This document shows positions 45,651 to 63,549 of a stretch of DNA of 64,000 nucleotides, one piece after another. The notes beneath the pieces were generated by a model, which made no database searches, was not told the DNA's origin, and saw only the letters and a list, made by a program, of their open reading frames with translations. Origin of the DNA: an uncultured Chloroflexia bacterium (GTDB taxonomy: Bacteria > Chloroflexota > Anaerolineae > CG2-30-64-16); contig CAVZDU010000006.1 of assembly GCA_963774265.1 (NCBI GenBank), forward strand, positions 160,001 to 224,000, in the 5' to 3' direction. The translations under genes were made by a program, and so were the position numbers. The first letter of the stretch is position 1. The number at the start of each line of letters is the position of its first letter.

Positions 45651-49003
<3,353 letters not shown>

Positions 49004-49017
<14 letters not shown>

Positions 49018-49804
49018 CAAACTCAAAACCCAACAACAAGCGAGCTGGACCGCCGGGGACTATGCCCTGATCGGATCGAGACTCGTCATCGTGAGTGAAC
49101 TCCTTTGCGAAGCGGTCGACCTGCGCGCCGGCCAGCGCGTGCTCGACGTGGCTACGGGTCATGGCAATGCCGCCCTCGCGGCAGCTCGCCGGGAATGTGA
49201 TGTGACCGGCATCGATTTTACTCCGGCCTTGCTGGAGCAGGCGCGCGGGCGAGCAGCTGCAGAGCACCTGCCTGTCCACTTTCAGGAAGGTGACGCAGAA
49301 GAGCTGCCATTTGCGGACGGGACTTTTGACGCGGTGCTATCCACATTCGGCGTGTCCCTCGTTGCCGACCAGCACAAGGGCGCCCAGGAAGTGCTCCGTG
49401 TGTGCCGCAACGGGGGCAAGATCGGCCTGGCCAACTGGGCGCCGACCAATGCCAACGTTGCGGAAGATCGTGTGCTCGACATGTACTTCCCGCCCGCCCC
49501 CGGCGCCCCGCGCAGCCTGTGGGGGTCTGAGGAGGGACTCCGCGACCTTTTGGGTGATCGGGTCACCTCGCTTCGGGTCACGCCGCGCAATGTCCTCTAC
49601 CGCTTCCGTTCCGTCGAGGCGTACGTGGACACTGTACTGACCTCCTTTGGCCCTGCCATGCAGCGACTAGAAAAGCTCACTGGAGACCGGCAGAATGAGC
49701 TGAGGCGAGACCTGGCTGAGGCGCTGGACGCCTACAACCAGTCGGGGGATGAAACTTTGGTGCTTCCCTTTGATTATCTCGAGACGGTGGCAGTGAAGCG
49801 ATAG
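49004..49804 (+). CDS. Class I SAM-dependent methyltransferase
   Basis: VLDVATGHGNAA, GDAEELPFADGTFDAVLSTFG; overlaps the K2 end. Confidence 0.9.
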
Positions 49805-49854
49805 TTGCGGACAAGGCCGAGATACTGAACAATGAGCGAGGGCAGAGGGACGCC

Positions 49855-54025
<4,171 letters not shown>

Positions 54026-54068
54026 TCCGTTTGCTCTCATGTGAATTGCCCTCAAATTCCTGCCCCGC

Positions 54069-54112
54069 AAACGCTCCAGGAAACGCTTTGGAAACGCTGG
54101 GCATTGTACACT
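54069..54112 (+). promoter_or_regulatory. Three AAACGCT direct repeats plus -10 box: SARP-type activator site
   Basis: AAACGCT at 54069, 54081 and 54092; TACACT at 54107, 8 bp after the last repeat. Confidence 0.6.
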
Positions 54113-54195
54113 GCATGCAGTTCAGTTGTGCCAGCCGGGGTGATCGCAATTGCACGACACCCCAAATCATTCGCCAGCTCAAAAGGGAGGATACG

Positions 54196-54573
54196 ATGTC
54201 AGTCAGTGAGAACAAGGCGTTCATCAGCCGGTATCTGGACGCGCTCAGCGGCAAGGAGAAGCCGGCCGCAGTGGTCGATCAGTTCATCTCCGAGGCCGAC
54301 GCGACCTTGAAGCAGCACATTGCGGGCTTTGAAGCTGCTTTCCCGCGCTACGAAATGATCGTCGACGACATGATCGCAGAAGCAGACAAGGTGGTGGTGC
54401 GTTTCACCTTCCGCGCCACCTACGGAGGTGGGTTCATGGACATCCCAGCCACGGGCCAGCAGGTCGCCATGCCGGGCGTCATCATCTACCGGATCGCGGA
54501 CGGCAAGATCGTGGATCACTGGATGCTAGGGGATATGCCTGCGTTGATGCAGCAGTTGGGCGGACAGGCGTAA
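54196..54573 (+). CDS. SnoaL-like ester cyclase
   Basis: AFPRY...AEADKVVVR...FMDIPATG...DGKIVDHW; GGAGG RBS. Confidence 0.88.
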   Translation: MSVSENKAFISRYLDALSGKEKPAAVVDQFISEADATLKQHIAGFEAAFPRYEMIVDDMIAEADKVVVRFTFRATYGGGFMDIPATGQQVAMPGVIIYRIADGKIVDHWMLGDMPALMQQLGGQA

Positions 54574-54585
54574 GTAGCACTTTTC

Positions 54586-54620
54586 GCAACCTGGCAGGTT
54601 GGCGAGGCCTGCCAGGTTGC
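54586..54620. repeat. REP-like palindrome
   Basis: gcaacctggcagg-ttggcgagg-cctgccaggttgc. Confidence 0.7.
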
Positions 54621-54638
54621 ACGACCCGGAGGACCAAC

Positions 54639-55655
54639 ATGGAAGATCAAGCTCCGTTACGCGTAGGAATCGTCGGCTGCGGCTACCAGGGGGGCGTCCT
54701 GGCGCGGACGATCGCCCAAGACACTGACCTGCAGGTCACTGCATGCGCCGATCCCGATCAGGCCGCGGCCGCGCGTGTGGCCGCCCTTGCGGCCGAAGAC
54801 GCCGCGGTGTACGCGTCGGCGGAGGAGCTGCTCCAGCACGCCGACGTGGACGCCGTCCTCGTCGCCACATCGCATGCCGCCCTGTATGAATGCGCCCTCG
54901 CCGCCATTCAGGCCGGCAAACACGTCCTCGCCGAGAAGCCTATCGGCATGGACGAGAAGGAAGCGGCACAGCTCGAAGAGGCGGTTGCGCGAGCGAACGT
55001 CTGCTTCATGGCGGGCTATTCCTTCCGCTACATCGCGGCCTGGCAAAAGGTGCGCGAGCTACTGCAGGCCGGCGCGGTGGGTGAGATCCACACGATCACC
55101 GGGAGCATCGGCATTGGCCCCATGTCGACAGGCTGGCGAGCCAGCCCCGAGACCGGCGGGGGTCCTATGCTCTATGTCGGGTCCCACCTGGTGGACCAAA
55201 TCCTCTGGTACCTGGGCGACGATCCGATCGAGGCGGCTGCCGACATCCGCTATCGCGCGGACACGCGCGCCGAGGAAACGGTGACGTTCCAAATCCGCTT
55301 TGCGCACGGCGCGGTGGCGCAGGGCATGGTGACGCAAGCCGCCTCCGGTTTCTTCCACGACATCGACATCTGGGGACGCCAGGGGCGCGTCGGCCTGCGT
55401 GGCGCCGGCCTCGCCTACAGTGTAGAGGTGGCGAGCGACGTGCTGCCCGCTTATGCGGCACCGGCGAGCATCCGCTTTCCGCAGATCGCCGATCTCAGAG
55501 TTCTGAAACACCAGGCGCAGCTCGCCGAGTTCGTGCAAGCGATCCGCGAAGGTAAGCAGCCGTCCTGCACGGTGACCGAGGGCCGGCGCGTGCTCAAGGT
55601 GCTCGATGCCATCAGCAAGTCAGGCCGCTCAGGGACGCCTGTACGCATCGGGTAG
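54639..55655 (+). CDS. Gfo/Idh/MocA oxidoreductase
   Basis: GIVGCG, GKHVLAEKP, GGGPMLYVGSHLVD. Confidence 0.9.
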   Translation: MEDQAPLRVGIVGCGYQGGVLARTIAQDTDLQVTACADPDQAAAARVAALAAEDAAVYASAEELLQHADVDAVLVATSHAALYECALAAIQAGKHVLAEKPIGMDEKEAAQLEEAVARANVCFMAGYSFRYIAAWQKVRELLQAGAVGEIHTITGSIGIGPMSTGWRASPETGGGPMLYVGSHLVDQILWYLGDDPIEAAADIRYRADTRAEETVTFQIRFAHGAVAQGMVTQAASGFFHDIDIWGRQGRVGLRGAGLAYSVEVASDVLPAYAAPASIRFPQIADLRVLKHQAQLAEFVQAIREGKQPSCTVTEGRRVLKVLDAISKSGRSGTPVRIG

Positions 55656-55731
55656 AAGCTGCCGCTACCCCAAGCGACACGCTCAAGGGCAAAGGCCCAC
55701 AGGCCGGTCGGCGCGGCAAGGAATGGCTGGA

Positions 55732-56940
55732 CTATGGCTCGCTGAGCGTCATGTAAGCGCGCGCAATCATAATCTCTTCATCGGTCGGGATGGACATGAC
55801 CTTGACGCGGCTCACGGCTGAGCTCACGACGGCGACCGCGTCGACCGGCGCGCGCCGATTCGCCTCCACATCGAGGACCACGCCACACCACCCCAGGCTC
55901 GCGCACGCCCGTTCGCGCACCTGCCAGCCGCGCACGCCGATGGAGTCGGTGAAAGCAAGCACGTCGAGCCCGCCCAGCACTGCCGCGTACGCGCCGATGT
56001 AGAGCTTTAGCCGGTGGATGTACATCGCCACCGCCAATTGGGCGCGGCTGTCCCCGGCCTCATCGGCCAGCCGAATCAGCTCAAACAGATCGCTGGACGT
56101 GCCGGAGATGCCGATCAGCCCACTCTCGCGGTTGAGCAGGCGATCCACCGCCTCGGCGGTATAACCGTGCTCGGCGATCAGTGCGAGCACGATGGACGGG
56201 TCGACGTCGCCACTCCGGGTGCTCATCACCAGGCCGGGCAACGGCGTAAAGCCCATCGAGGTCTCGACACTTCGCCCACCGTCGATCGCCGCAACGCTCG
56301 AGCCGCCCGTGCCCAGGTGGCAGGCGACGATCTTTTGGTCTGCGATCGGCCGGTCGAGCACGCGGGCGACCTCCCGCGTGACGTACTCATAGGACAGCCC
56401 GTGTGCACCGAACTTACGAAAACCGAAGCGATCGGCCAGCGCCAGGGGCAGCGCGTATCGGTAGGCCACTTCGGGCAGCGTCGCGTGGAAAGCGGTGTCG
56501 AACACTGCATACTGCAGCACCTGGGGCAAGACCGCCCGGCACAGATGAACCACGCTCATGGAGGTCGGGTTATGGATCGGCGCCAGGCGGTTGCAGGCCT
56601 CCACCTCGGGCAGGGTCGCGTCGGTGATGACCACAGCCTCGGGGAAGCGTCCGCCGTCGGTCACGAAACGATGGCCGATCGCGTCCACCCGCAGACCGTG
56701 ATCCCGCAAATGCGCCAGCACCGCTGCGGCCGCGTCACGATGGCTCGACAGCGGACGCACATCCTTCACGGTCTCTGCCCCGAGCGAGTGGCTCAGGTAC
56801 GCGGCCTCCTGCGTGACAGTCCCGACGTGGTGGGCCTTGCCCGCGGCCAGAACAGACAATTCCTGGCCGGCCTCCGCATGATAGACCCTGTAGGTCAATG
56901 AGGAGCTGCCGCAGTTGAAAACAAGCAGATTCGAGGACAT
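55732..56940 (-). CDS. ackA: Acetate/propionate kinase
   Basis: NCGSSSL, LAPIHNP, FDTAFH, KFGAHGLS, CHLG, TSMGFTP, TRSGDVDP, IPTDEE. Confidence 0.88.
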   Translation of the reverse strand: MSSNLLVFNCGSSSLTYRVYHAEAGQELSVLAAGKAHHVGTVTQEAAYLSHSLGAETVKDVRPLSSHRDAAAAVLAHLRDHGLRVDAIGHRFVTDGGRFPEAVVITDATLPEVEACNRLAPIHNPTSMSVVHLCRAVLPQVLQYAVFDTAFHATLPEVAYRYALPLALADRFGFRKFGAHGLSYEYVTREVARVLDRPIADQKIVACHLGTGGSSVAAIDGGRSVETSMGFTPLPGLVMSTRSGDVDPSIVLALIAEHGYTAEAVDRLLNRESGLIGISGTSSDLFELIRLADEAGDSRAQLAVAMYIHRLKLYIGAYAAVLGGLDVLAFTDSIGVRGWQVRERACASLGWCGVVLDVEANRRAPVDAVAVVSSAVSRVKVMSIPTDEEIMIARAYMTLSEP

Positions 56941-56960
56941 GAACACCCTCCGCCCAGCAC

Positions 56961-58892
56961 CTACAGGTTCTCGATCGCGACCGGCTCGACCGGATCGGCC
57001 AACTGGAAGCCAAACACCCTGGAGTAAAAGTACAGTTCGGCGTCGAGCGAGCGTTTGATGTTCTCAGCCTTGCGGAAGCCGTGCTGCTCGCCTTCAAACT
57101 CCAGATAGGCCACCGGCAGCCCCTTGGCCTTGAGCGCCTCGACCATCTGACGGGACTGATCGGGCAGGACAACCAGGTCCTCTGACCCCTGGAAAACAAT
57201 AAGCGGGCACGCGAGGCGGTCGGTGAAGTGAATCGCGGAGCGTTGGACATACAGGTCGCGGCGGGCCGGGTAGGGGCCGACCAGGTTGTCCAGGTAGCGG
57301 GACTCGAACTTGTGGGTGTCCTTGGCGAGTGCCTCAAGATCGGCGATGCCGAAGTAGCTCGCACCTGCCTTGAAGACGTTGCGGAAGGTGAGCACGCACA
57401 GGGTTGTGTAACCCCCCGCGCTCCCTCCCCTGATCATCAGCCGGTCCCCATCCACCTCGCCAGCCTCAACCAGGTAGCGAGCGCCGTTGACGCAATCGTC
57501 CACGTCCACGATGCCCCACCGATCGTTGAGCCGTTGGCGGTAGGCGCGGCCGTAGCCGGTGCTGCCCCCGTAGTTGACGTCGAGCACCGCGATGCCCCGG
57601 CTGGTCCAATACTGGATTTGGCTGTCGAGCACGGCATCCGAGGCGCCCGTCGGTCCGCCGTGACTCATCACGAGCAGGGGCGGCCGCTCGCCCTGTGGCG
57701 CGGCAAAGTCCTTGTTACGCGGCCCGTAGAAGAAGCCGAACGCCGTCAGCCCACCTTCGGTGGGGAACTCGATCTCCCGTGCAATCGAGACGTAGCCCCG
57801 GTCAATGTCGATCGCACTCGAACGGCGCAGGACCTCCACCTGCTCTGGGGAGAGATCGAATCGCACAACCGCCGGTGTTTCCGTGGGTGAACCGGCAAGG
57901 AAAAGCGCGCTGCCGGGGACCGCCGAGACACTGCTGATGGATGTGTAGGGTGTTGCGATTTCTTTCAGTTCCAGTGTCCCGGTGTCGAGGCTTGCGAGGT
58001 GCGACGTACCGGCCCGCGTGTAGGTGCAAATGATGCGCCCGGCAGACTCGAATGCATAGGTGGACATGCCGAAAACCCACTGCGGTTGTCCGAACTCGGC
58101 TTCCATCGGGCACAGCGCCTCAGCGCGACCCCCATGCCAGCGGTACAGGTTCCACCAACCCGTCCGGTCAGAAACGAAATAGAGCACGCAGTCGGGTGAC
58201 CACTCGGGCTGGAAGATGGATTCCTCGCGGCCGCCCGCGACGCGCTCTGCATGGATGATCGACCCACTCGCATCCAATTCGCCGACCCACAACTCCGTGC
58301 CGTCCCACGGCATGTTCGGATGGTTCCACGTGAGCCACGCCAGCCGCGAGCCATCCGGGCTGAGGCGCGGGGATGCATAGAAGTCATTACCGGAGACGAT
58401 GACTGCTCCGCCGTTCTCGTCCCCGTTGCACTTCACTTTCGCGAGCGTATTGACAGCCTCGCCTGCCCCTCTGTGATCCTCGCGCACGCAGAAGAGGAGG
58501 TTGCGCTGCAAGTCAACAACGACGTCCGCATAGCGCAGGCTCACCTCCGGGGTGATTGGCCGGGTCGCTCCGCCGGGGTCCAGCCGATAGAGACGCTGGT
58601 CGGCAAAGTTGGAGAAGTACACGACGTCGTTCGCGACGGTGTAGGCGCGGCCCCCATACTCGTGGACGCGCGTGCGCACGTTGTACGGTTGAGGCGTGAG
58701 GTCGGTCGTCTTGCCCCCTGCGTTTCGCTGCACGAGGACGAGTCGCCCGCCTTCCCTGGGACGCATTTCGATCCAATAAATATTACCTCCGTCGAACCGT
58801 GGCCCGCCCAATCCGATGGTCTCGGCAACGATCAGTTCCGAGGTGATGGGCGATTTCCATGAGCCGTAAGGAGCTACCCTCAATTCGGGCAT
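56961..58892 (-). CDS. S9 family peptidase (prolyl oligopeptidase/acylaminoacyl peptidase)
   Basis: [32 protein letters not shown]. Confidence 0.93.
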   Translation of the reverse strand: MPELRVAPYGSWKSPITSELIVAETIGLGGPRFDGGNIYWIEMRPREGGRLVLVQRNAGGKTTDLTPQPYNVRTRVHEYGGRAYTVANDVVYFSNFADQRLYRLDPGGATRPITPEVSLRYADVVVDLQRNLLFCVREDHRGAGEAVNTLAKVKCNGDENGGAVIVSGNDFYASPRLSPDGSRLAWLTWNHPNMPWDGTELWVGELDASGSIIHAERVAGGREESIFQPEWSPDCVLYFVSDRTGWWNLYRWHGGRAEALCPMEAEFGQPQWVFGMSTYAFESAGRIICTYTRAGTSHLASLDTGTLELKEIATPYTSISSVSAVPGSALFLAGSPTETPAVVRFDLSPEQVEVLRRSSAIDIDRGYVSIAREIEFPTEGGLTAFGFFYGPRNKDFAAPQGERPPLLVMSHGGPTGASDAVLDSQIQYWTSRGIAVLDVNYGGSTGYGRAYRQRLNDRWGIVDVDDCVNGARYLVEAGEVDGDRLMIRGGSAGGYTTLCVLTFRNVFKAGASYFGIADLEALAKDTHKFESRYLDNLVGPYPARRDLYVQRSAIHFTDRLACPLIVFQGSEDLVVLPDQSRQMVEALKAKGLPVAYLEFEGEQHGFRKAENIKRSLDAELYFYSRVFGFQLADPVEPVAIENL

Positions 58893-58929
58893 TTTGCACT
58901 TCCTTCAAGCTGGAGGCAACCCTTCAGGG

Positions 58930-59271
58930 TCACCACTGGTTCCACACCACGACCAGCGTTCGATTGATGGCAGAGACAAGCAGCATTGCCGCTCCCAGCA
59001 CTGGCTGATCAGCCAGAAAAAGCGCCCCCGCCGCGAGATATAATAGGCCCAAGGAGACAACGACTCCCAGGGTGCTGCCGGCGCGATAGCCCGCCCTGGG
59101 CGCAAGGAACAGGCCCCACAGGAAGATCACCACCAGCGGCACGCCGATCCCGAGCGCCAACTTCAGCCACAGGCTCTGCCCGATGTGAAATCCCCAGTAA
59201 CCAAAAGCCAGTAACATGGCAATTTCCAGCAGGAAGGAAACTACCACGTTGATATTCTTCGGCGTTGCCAT
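58930..59271 (-). CDS. YrdB (DUF2568) family membrane protein
   Basis: FLLEIAMLLAFGYWG, LWGLFLAPRA. Confidence 0.8.
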   Translation of the reverse strand: MATPKNINVVVSFLLEIAMLLAFGYWGFHIGQSLWLKLALGIGVPLVVIFLWGLFLAPRAGYRAGSTLGVVVSLGLLYLAAGALFLADQPVLGAAMLLVSAINRTLVVVWNQW

Positions 59272-59391
59272 CCACCCCCCCCTGTGAAAAACCTCGTATA
59301 ATAGTTCACATTCGTCAAAACATACGCACCGCACGCAGGCAAGGTATGGTATACTGGCTGAGTCGAAATGCAAATTCCACAAGGCGGCCGC

Positions 59392-60841
59392 GTGACACAC
59401 AACGCTCCCGGACCCGGCAACCGTCCACCCATCGATAATCTCAAAGCACTGCGCGATGGGCCGCATGCGTTCTTTCTCCAGGTCGCGCGCAACTACGGCC
59501 CTGTCGTCCGCTATCCCGTTGGACCGCTCGCAGTCTACCTGGTCACCGGCCCGGATGGCGTCAAGCACATCCTGCAGGATAACCACAAAAACTACTGCAA
59601 GGACACCTTTCAGTACAACCTGCTGAGCACGATCACAGGCAGGGGATTGCTGACCAGCGACGGCGATCACTGGCGGCGCCAGCGGCGGCTCGCCCAGCCC
59701 GCGTTCCAAAAGGGACGTATAGCCGGCTTCGCGCCCATGATCGTGAGCGCGACGGAGGGCATGCTCGGACGCTGGGACCAGCACGCGGTCCACGGGGAAT
59801 CGATCGATGTCGCGGCGGAAATGATGCACGTCGCGCTCCAGATCGTCGGCAAGGCCATGTTCAGCGCGGAGATCGGCGACCAGGCAGATGAGTTGGCGAC
59901 GGCCACGTTGACCGTGCTCGACCACATCATCGGTCGCGCTCGCACGTTCGGCGTCGTGCCCGAATGGCTGCCCACGCGGGGAAATCGCGCACACAAACGG
60001 GCCATGGGGGTGCTGGATCGTGCGGTATATGCGACGATTGCCGCGCGGAGACCTGCCCCCTCGACCCCCCTCCCTTTGAGGGAGGGAGAAGATCTGCTCC
60101 CCTCCCCAGACAGGGCTGGGGTTGGGGGAGAGGTTTCGGCAGAGGTTACTCCAGAGGCTGCGGGAGTCCTTGACGACCTCCTCGCGCTCCTGATGCGGGC
60201 GATGGACGAGGGGACCCATGAGGGCATGACCGACCAGCAATTGCGCGACGAGTCGATGACCATGCTGATCGCGGGACACGAGACGGTCGCGAGCGCGCTC
60301 GCCTGGACGTGGGACCTGCTGGCCAGAAACCCGGACGCGGAGGCGCGGCTGCACGAGGAGCTGGATCGGGAGTTGGGAGGGCGTGCGCCCACTGCCGAGG
60401 GATCTGCCGCGCCTGCACTACACGGACATGGTCTTCCAGGAGGCGATGCGCCTCTACCCACCCGCCTGGCTCATCACACGCAAGGCGCTGGACGACGACG
60501 AGATCGGCGGATACACCATCCCCAAGACCGCGTTGGTGGTCACCAGCCCTTATGTCACCCAGCGCATGGCTGACCTGTGGCCCGAGCCGGACGCGTTCCG
60601 CCCAGAACGGTTCAGCGCTGAGGAGGTCGCGGGCCGCCACCGCTATGCGTTCTACCCGTTCGGCGGCGGGCCAAGGATGTGCATCGGCAGCGGCTTCGCG
60701 ATGGTGGAGGCCGCGCTGATCATCGCAACGGTGGCGCAGCGCTACACCCTCCGCCCCGAGCCCGGTCACCCTGTCGTGATGGAGTCGGGCGTCACCTTGC
60801 GGCCGAAACACGGCTTGAAAATGCGACTGCAGCCGAGGTAG
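59392..60841 (+). CDS. Cytochrome P450 (frameshift ~60400)
   Basis: GLLTSDGDHWRRQRR, AGHET, EAMRLYPP, FRPERF, FGGGPRMCIG. Confidence 0.93.
60051..60134. repeat. REP-like double hairpin inserted in frame in the P450 gene
   Basis: acctgccccctcgaccccc...ggggttgggggagaggt with inner hairpin ccctccc-tttga-gggaggg; 84 bp. Confidence 0.7.
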
Positions 60842-60867
60842 TTTCGAGGTAGGGGACAGTTAGGGCC

Positions 60868-63522
60868 ATGCCACTCTCTCCTGGGCAGATCCTCCAAGAA
60901 CGTTACCGGATCGACGCGCTGATCGGCCAGGGCGGCTTCGGCGCCGTCTACAGGGCTTGGGATCTCGTCCAGAACCGGGTTTGCGCCTGCAAGGAAAATC
61001 TCGACACGCGCGAGGCAGCGGTGGACCAGTTTGGCCAGGAGGCCGTTGTCCTGGCCAGCCTCAGTCACCCAAATCTGCCGCGCGTCACCGATCACTTCGT
61101 CCTGCCCGACAAGGGCCAGTACCTGGTGATGGATTTCGTGGAAGGCCGAAGCCTGGCAACTCTGATGGCCGAGCGGGGCGGTGCGCTGTCCGAGGGAGAG
61201 CTGCTGCCATGGATCGACCAGGTGTGCGAGGCGCTCACCTACCTGCACTCTCAGCTCCGCCCGATCATCCACCGTGATATCAAGCCGCAAAACATCATCA
61301 TCACTCCGGCTGGCCGGGCCATGTTGGTCGACTTCGGCACGTCGAAGGTCGCCGACCCCGGGGCGCTGACCCGGCCGGGTGGTCGCGCTGTCACCACAGG
61401 CTTTTCTCCCCCCGAGCAATACGGCCTGGCCGGGCGCACCGACGCGCGCTCCGACATTTACGCCCTCGGCGCGACCCTCTACGCCGCGCTAACCGGCCGC
61501 ATCCCGCCTGATTCGGTCGACCGTCTGCAAGGGAACGCGTCTTTTGCACCGCCCCGCCAGCTCCGACCCGAAATCTCACGCACCACCGAAACGGCCATCC
61601 TCAAGGCCATGGAACCTCATGCAGCCCAGCGCTTCCAGACAATCGAGGAGCTGCGGCGCACGCTCGCAGGCCGTGCGGCGTCCCCGCCGGCCACCCGCGC
61701 CGTGGGTGGCGCCCTCCCGGTCACGCGCCGCGCCGAACCGCGGGCCACCGGTTTTCATCCACCTCGGCGCCTCCTGGCCCTCGGAGGCCTGGCGTTGGCC
61801 GCCATCATCGGGTTGTCGCTCTACCTGGGCGGCGTCTTGCCGCCGCGCATGCCCACTTCGCGCAGCACGACGCCGGTCAGCGCGCTTCCGGGCAACGGTC
61901 AGACACCCATTGTGAACGCGTCGGTCGCCGATGTCAGCGGTCCTCCTGCATCGGGCCAGGCTGATGTGACCGGTGCAGCGGGCTCACCTGCCGGCGCCCT
62001 TGCTACGTCTACAATCCAGACAGGAGCCGCGGCGCCCGGCCTGTCCGCGACTACGGCAACGACGCCGGCGGGCATGTTGTCTGTGATCTCATCCGGGGAC
62101 ACGGACACGCCACACACAGCTTTGCCGGCGCAGGCAGCGACTCCCCTGCCGGCCCCGTCCCCGACCCTGAGGCCCTCACCCACACCCGTCCCCTCAAGCA
62201 CAGAGGCGCCCCTCCCGCCGGCGACAACGGTGACGCCAACGCGCGATTCGTCCAGGAGCGCCATTGCGAGGCCAAGCCTCACACCGCTGCCCGACCTGAG
62301 TGTGCTCGGCCCGGCCTTAATACACGAACTGTTCAGCTCCGACTCAACTGGCTGGCCGAGCGAGGCCGACGAGAACGAGTTCGCAAAATGGAAGGTCAGC
62401 CTCAACCGGGGGCGCTACCGGATCGAGGTCGTTGCCCTGGACGTCGATGTGACGGCCTACGCCGCGGCGCCCGAATTCACGCTACGGGATTTTCTGCTCG
62501 TGACCGACGCGACCCTCATCGGCTCATCCGGGATGGCGCTGCAGCGGCTCTACTTTCGCTGTCAGGACCCACTCACCGACTATTGTTACGTGGCCGATTT
62601 CTATTCAAACGGCGAGTATGCCCTCGGACGGCTGGAGGGTGGAGAATACACCGCCATCCAGGAGCATGTCGTCAGCCGGGCCATCCGCACCCGGCCGGGC
62701 GACACCAATACCTTTGCCGTTCTGGCCTCAGGTTCGACCTTTACCCTCTACGCCAACGGGCAGACGCTGCGCACCCTGACCGATCGCACTTACCCCAACG
62801 CGGGTTATTTCCTGCTGGGCGTCGGCGTCCCCAATCAGGGTGACGATGCCGTCGTCGAGTTCGACAACCTCTTCGTGGTCCAGCCGGCCGGCCAGACGCC
62901 GCCGGACGAACTGCCCGAGGAAGTCACTCCGGCTCACGTGCTGCTCTTCGAGCGCTTTGACGACAACAAGCGCGGCTGGAATGTCGGGGCGGACAACGAT
63001 GAGCTCTCAGACGATGATTACCAGGTGACGGCTGGTGTACTGGCCGCGTCAGTGACGGCGAAAGGCGCCGTCATCACCTCCCGCGGCATCCCAAACCTGC
63101 AAGTAGCCGACTTCGGCCTTTGGGTCGACACAACCTTCACTAGTTATTCGGCGGTCGGTCAGGTCAACATCATCTTTCGCTGCCGGGACAACAGCCTGGA
63201 CGATTGCTTCCGGGTCCGATTCGCCACGGACGGCACGTACGCGATCAGCCGCTGGCAGGCCGGTGAACATGCGGCCCTCGTGGACTGGACCGATAGCCCA
63301 GAGATCAGGACCGGCGCGGGGGCCACCAACAATTTCGGCGTCGTCGTCCGCGGTTCGCTGGTCCAGGTTTTCGCCAATGACGTACTGCTGCGATCATTTG
63401 CGGTGGATGGGCCGGCCGGCGCCGGCGGTCTGCGGCTGGGAGTGGGCGCCTTCGACGCCGGCACGCAGGTCACCGTCGAGTTCGACAACCTGCTCGTCGT
63501 TGAGGATGCAGCCGGCCCGTGA
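60868..63522 (+). CDS. Membrane Ser/Thr kinase with Pro/Thr linker and two repeated extracellular beta-sandwich domains
   Basis: GQGGFGAVY, HRDIKPQN, DFG, SPPEQ; one TM; two domains each ending VEFDNLxV. Confidence 0.9.
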   Translation: MPLSPGQILQERYRIDALIGQGGFGAVYRAWDLVQNRVCACKENLDTREAAVDQFGQEAVVLASLSHPNLPRVTDHFVLPDKGQYLVMDFVEGRSLATLMAERGGALSEGELLPWIDQVCEALTYLHSQLRPIIHRDIKPQNIIITPAGRAMLVDFGTSKVADPGALTRPGGRAVTTGFSPPEQYGLAGRTDARSDIYALGATLYAALTGRIPPDSVDRLQGNASFAPPRQLRPEISRTTETAILKAMEPHAAQRFQTIEELRRTLAGRAASPPATRAVGGALPVTRRAEPRATGFHPPRRLLALGGLALAAIIGLSLYLGGVLPPRMPTSRSTTPVSALPGNGQTPIVNASVADVSGPPASGQADVTGAAGSPAGALATSTIQTGAAAPGLSATTATTPAGMLSVISSGDTDTPHTALPAQAATPLPAPSPTLRPSPTPVPSSTEAPLPPATTVTPTRDSSRSAIARPSLTPLPDLSVLGPALIHELFSSDSTGWPSEADENEFAKWKVSLNRGRYRIEVVALDVDVTAYAAAPEFTLRDFLLVTDATLIGSSGMALQRLYFRCQDPLTDYCYVADFYSNGEYALGRLEGGEYTAIQEHVVSRAIRTRPGDTNTFAVLASGSTFTLYANGQTLRTLTDRTYPNAGYFLLGVGVPNQGDDAVVEFDNLFVVQPAGQTPPDELPEEVTPAHVLLFERFDDNKRGWNVGADNDELSDDDYQVTAGVLAASVTAKGAVITSRGIPNLQVADFGLWVDTTFTSYSAVGQVNIIFRCRDNSLDDCFRVRFATDGTYAISRWQAGEHAALVDWTDSPEIRTGAGATNNFGVVVRGSLVQVFANDVLLRSFAVDGPAGAGGLRLGVGAFDAGTQVTVEFDNLLVVEDAAGP

Positions 63523-63549
63523 ACGGGCGGCAGCGAAGGAGGGTTCGCC

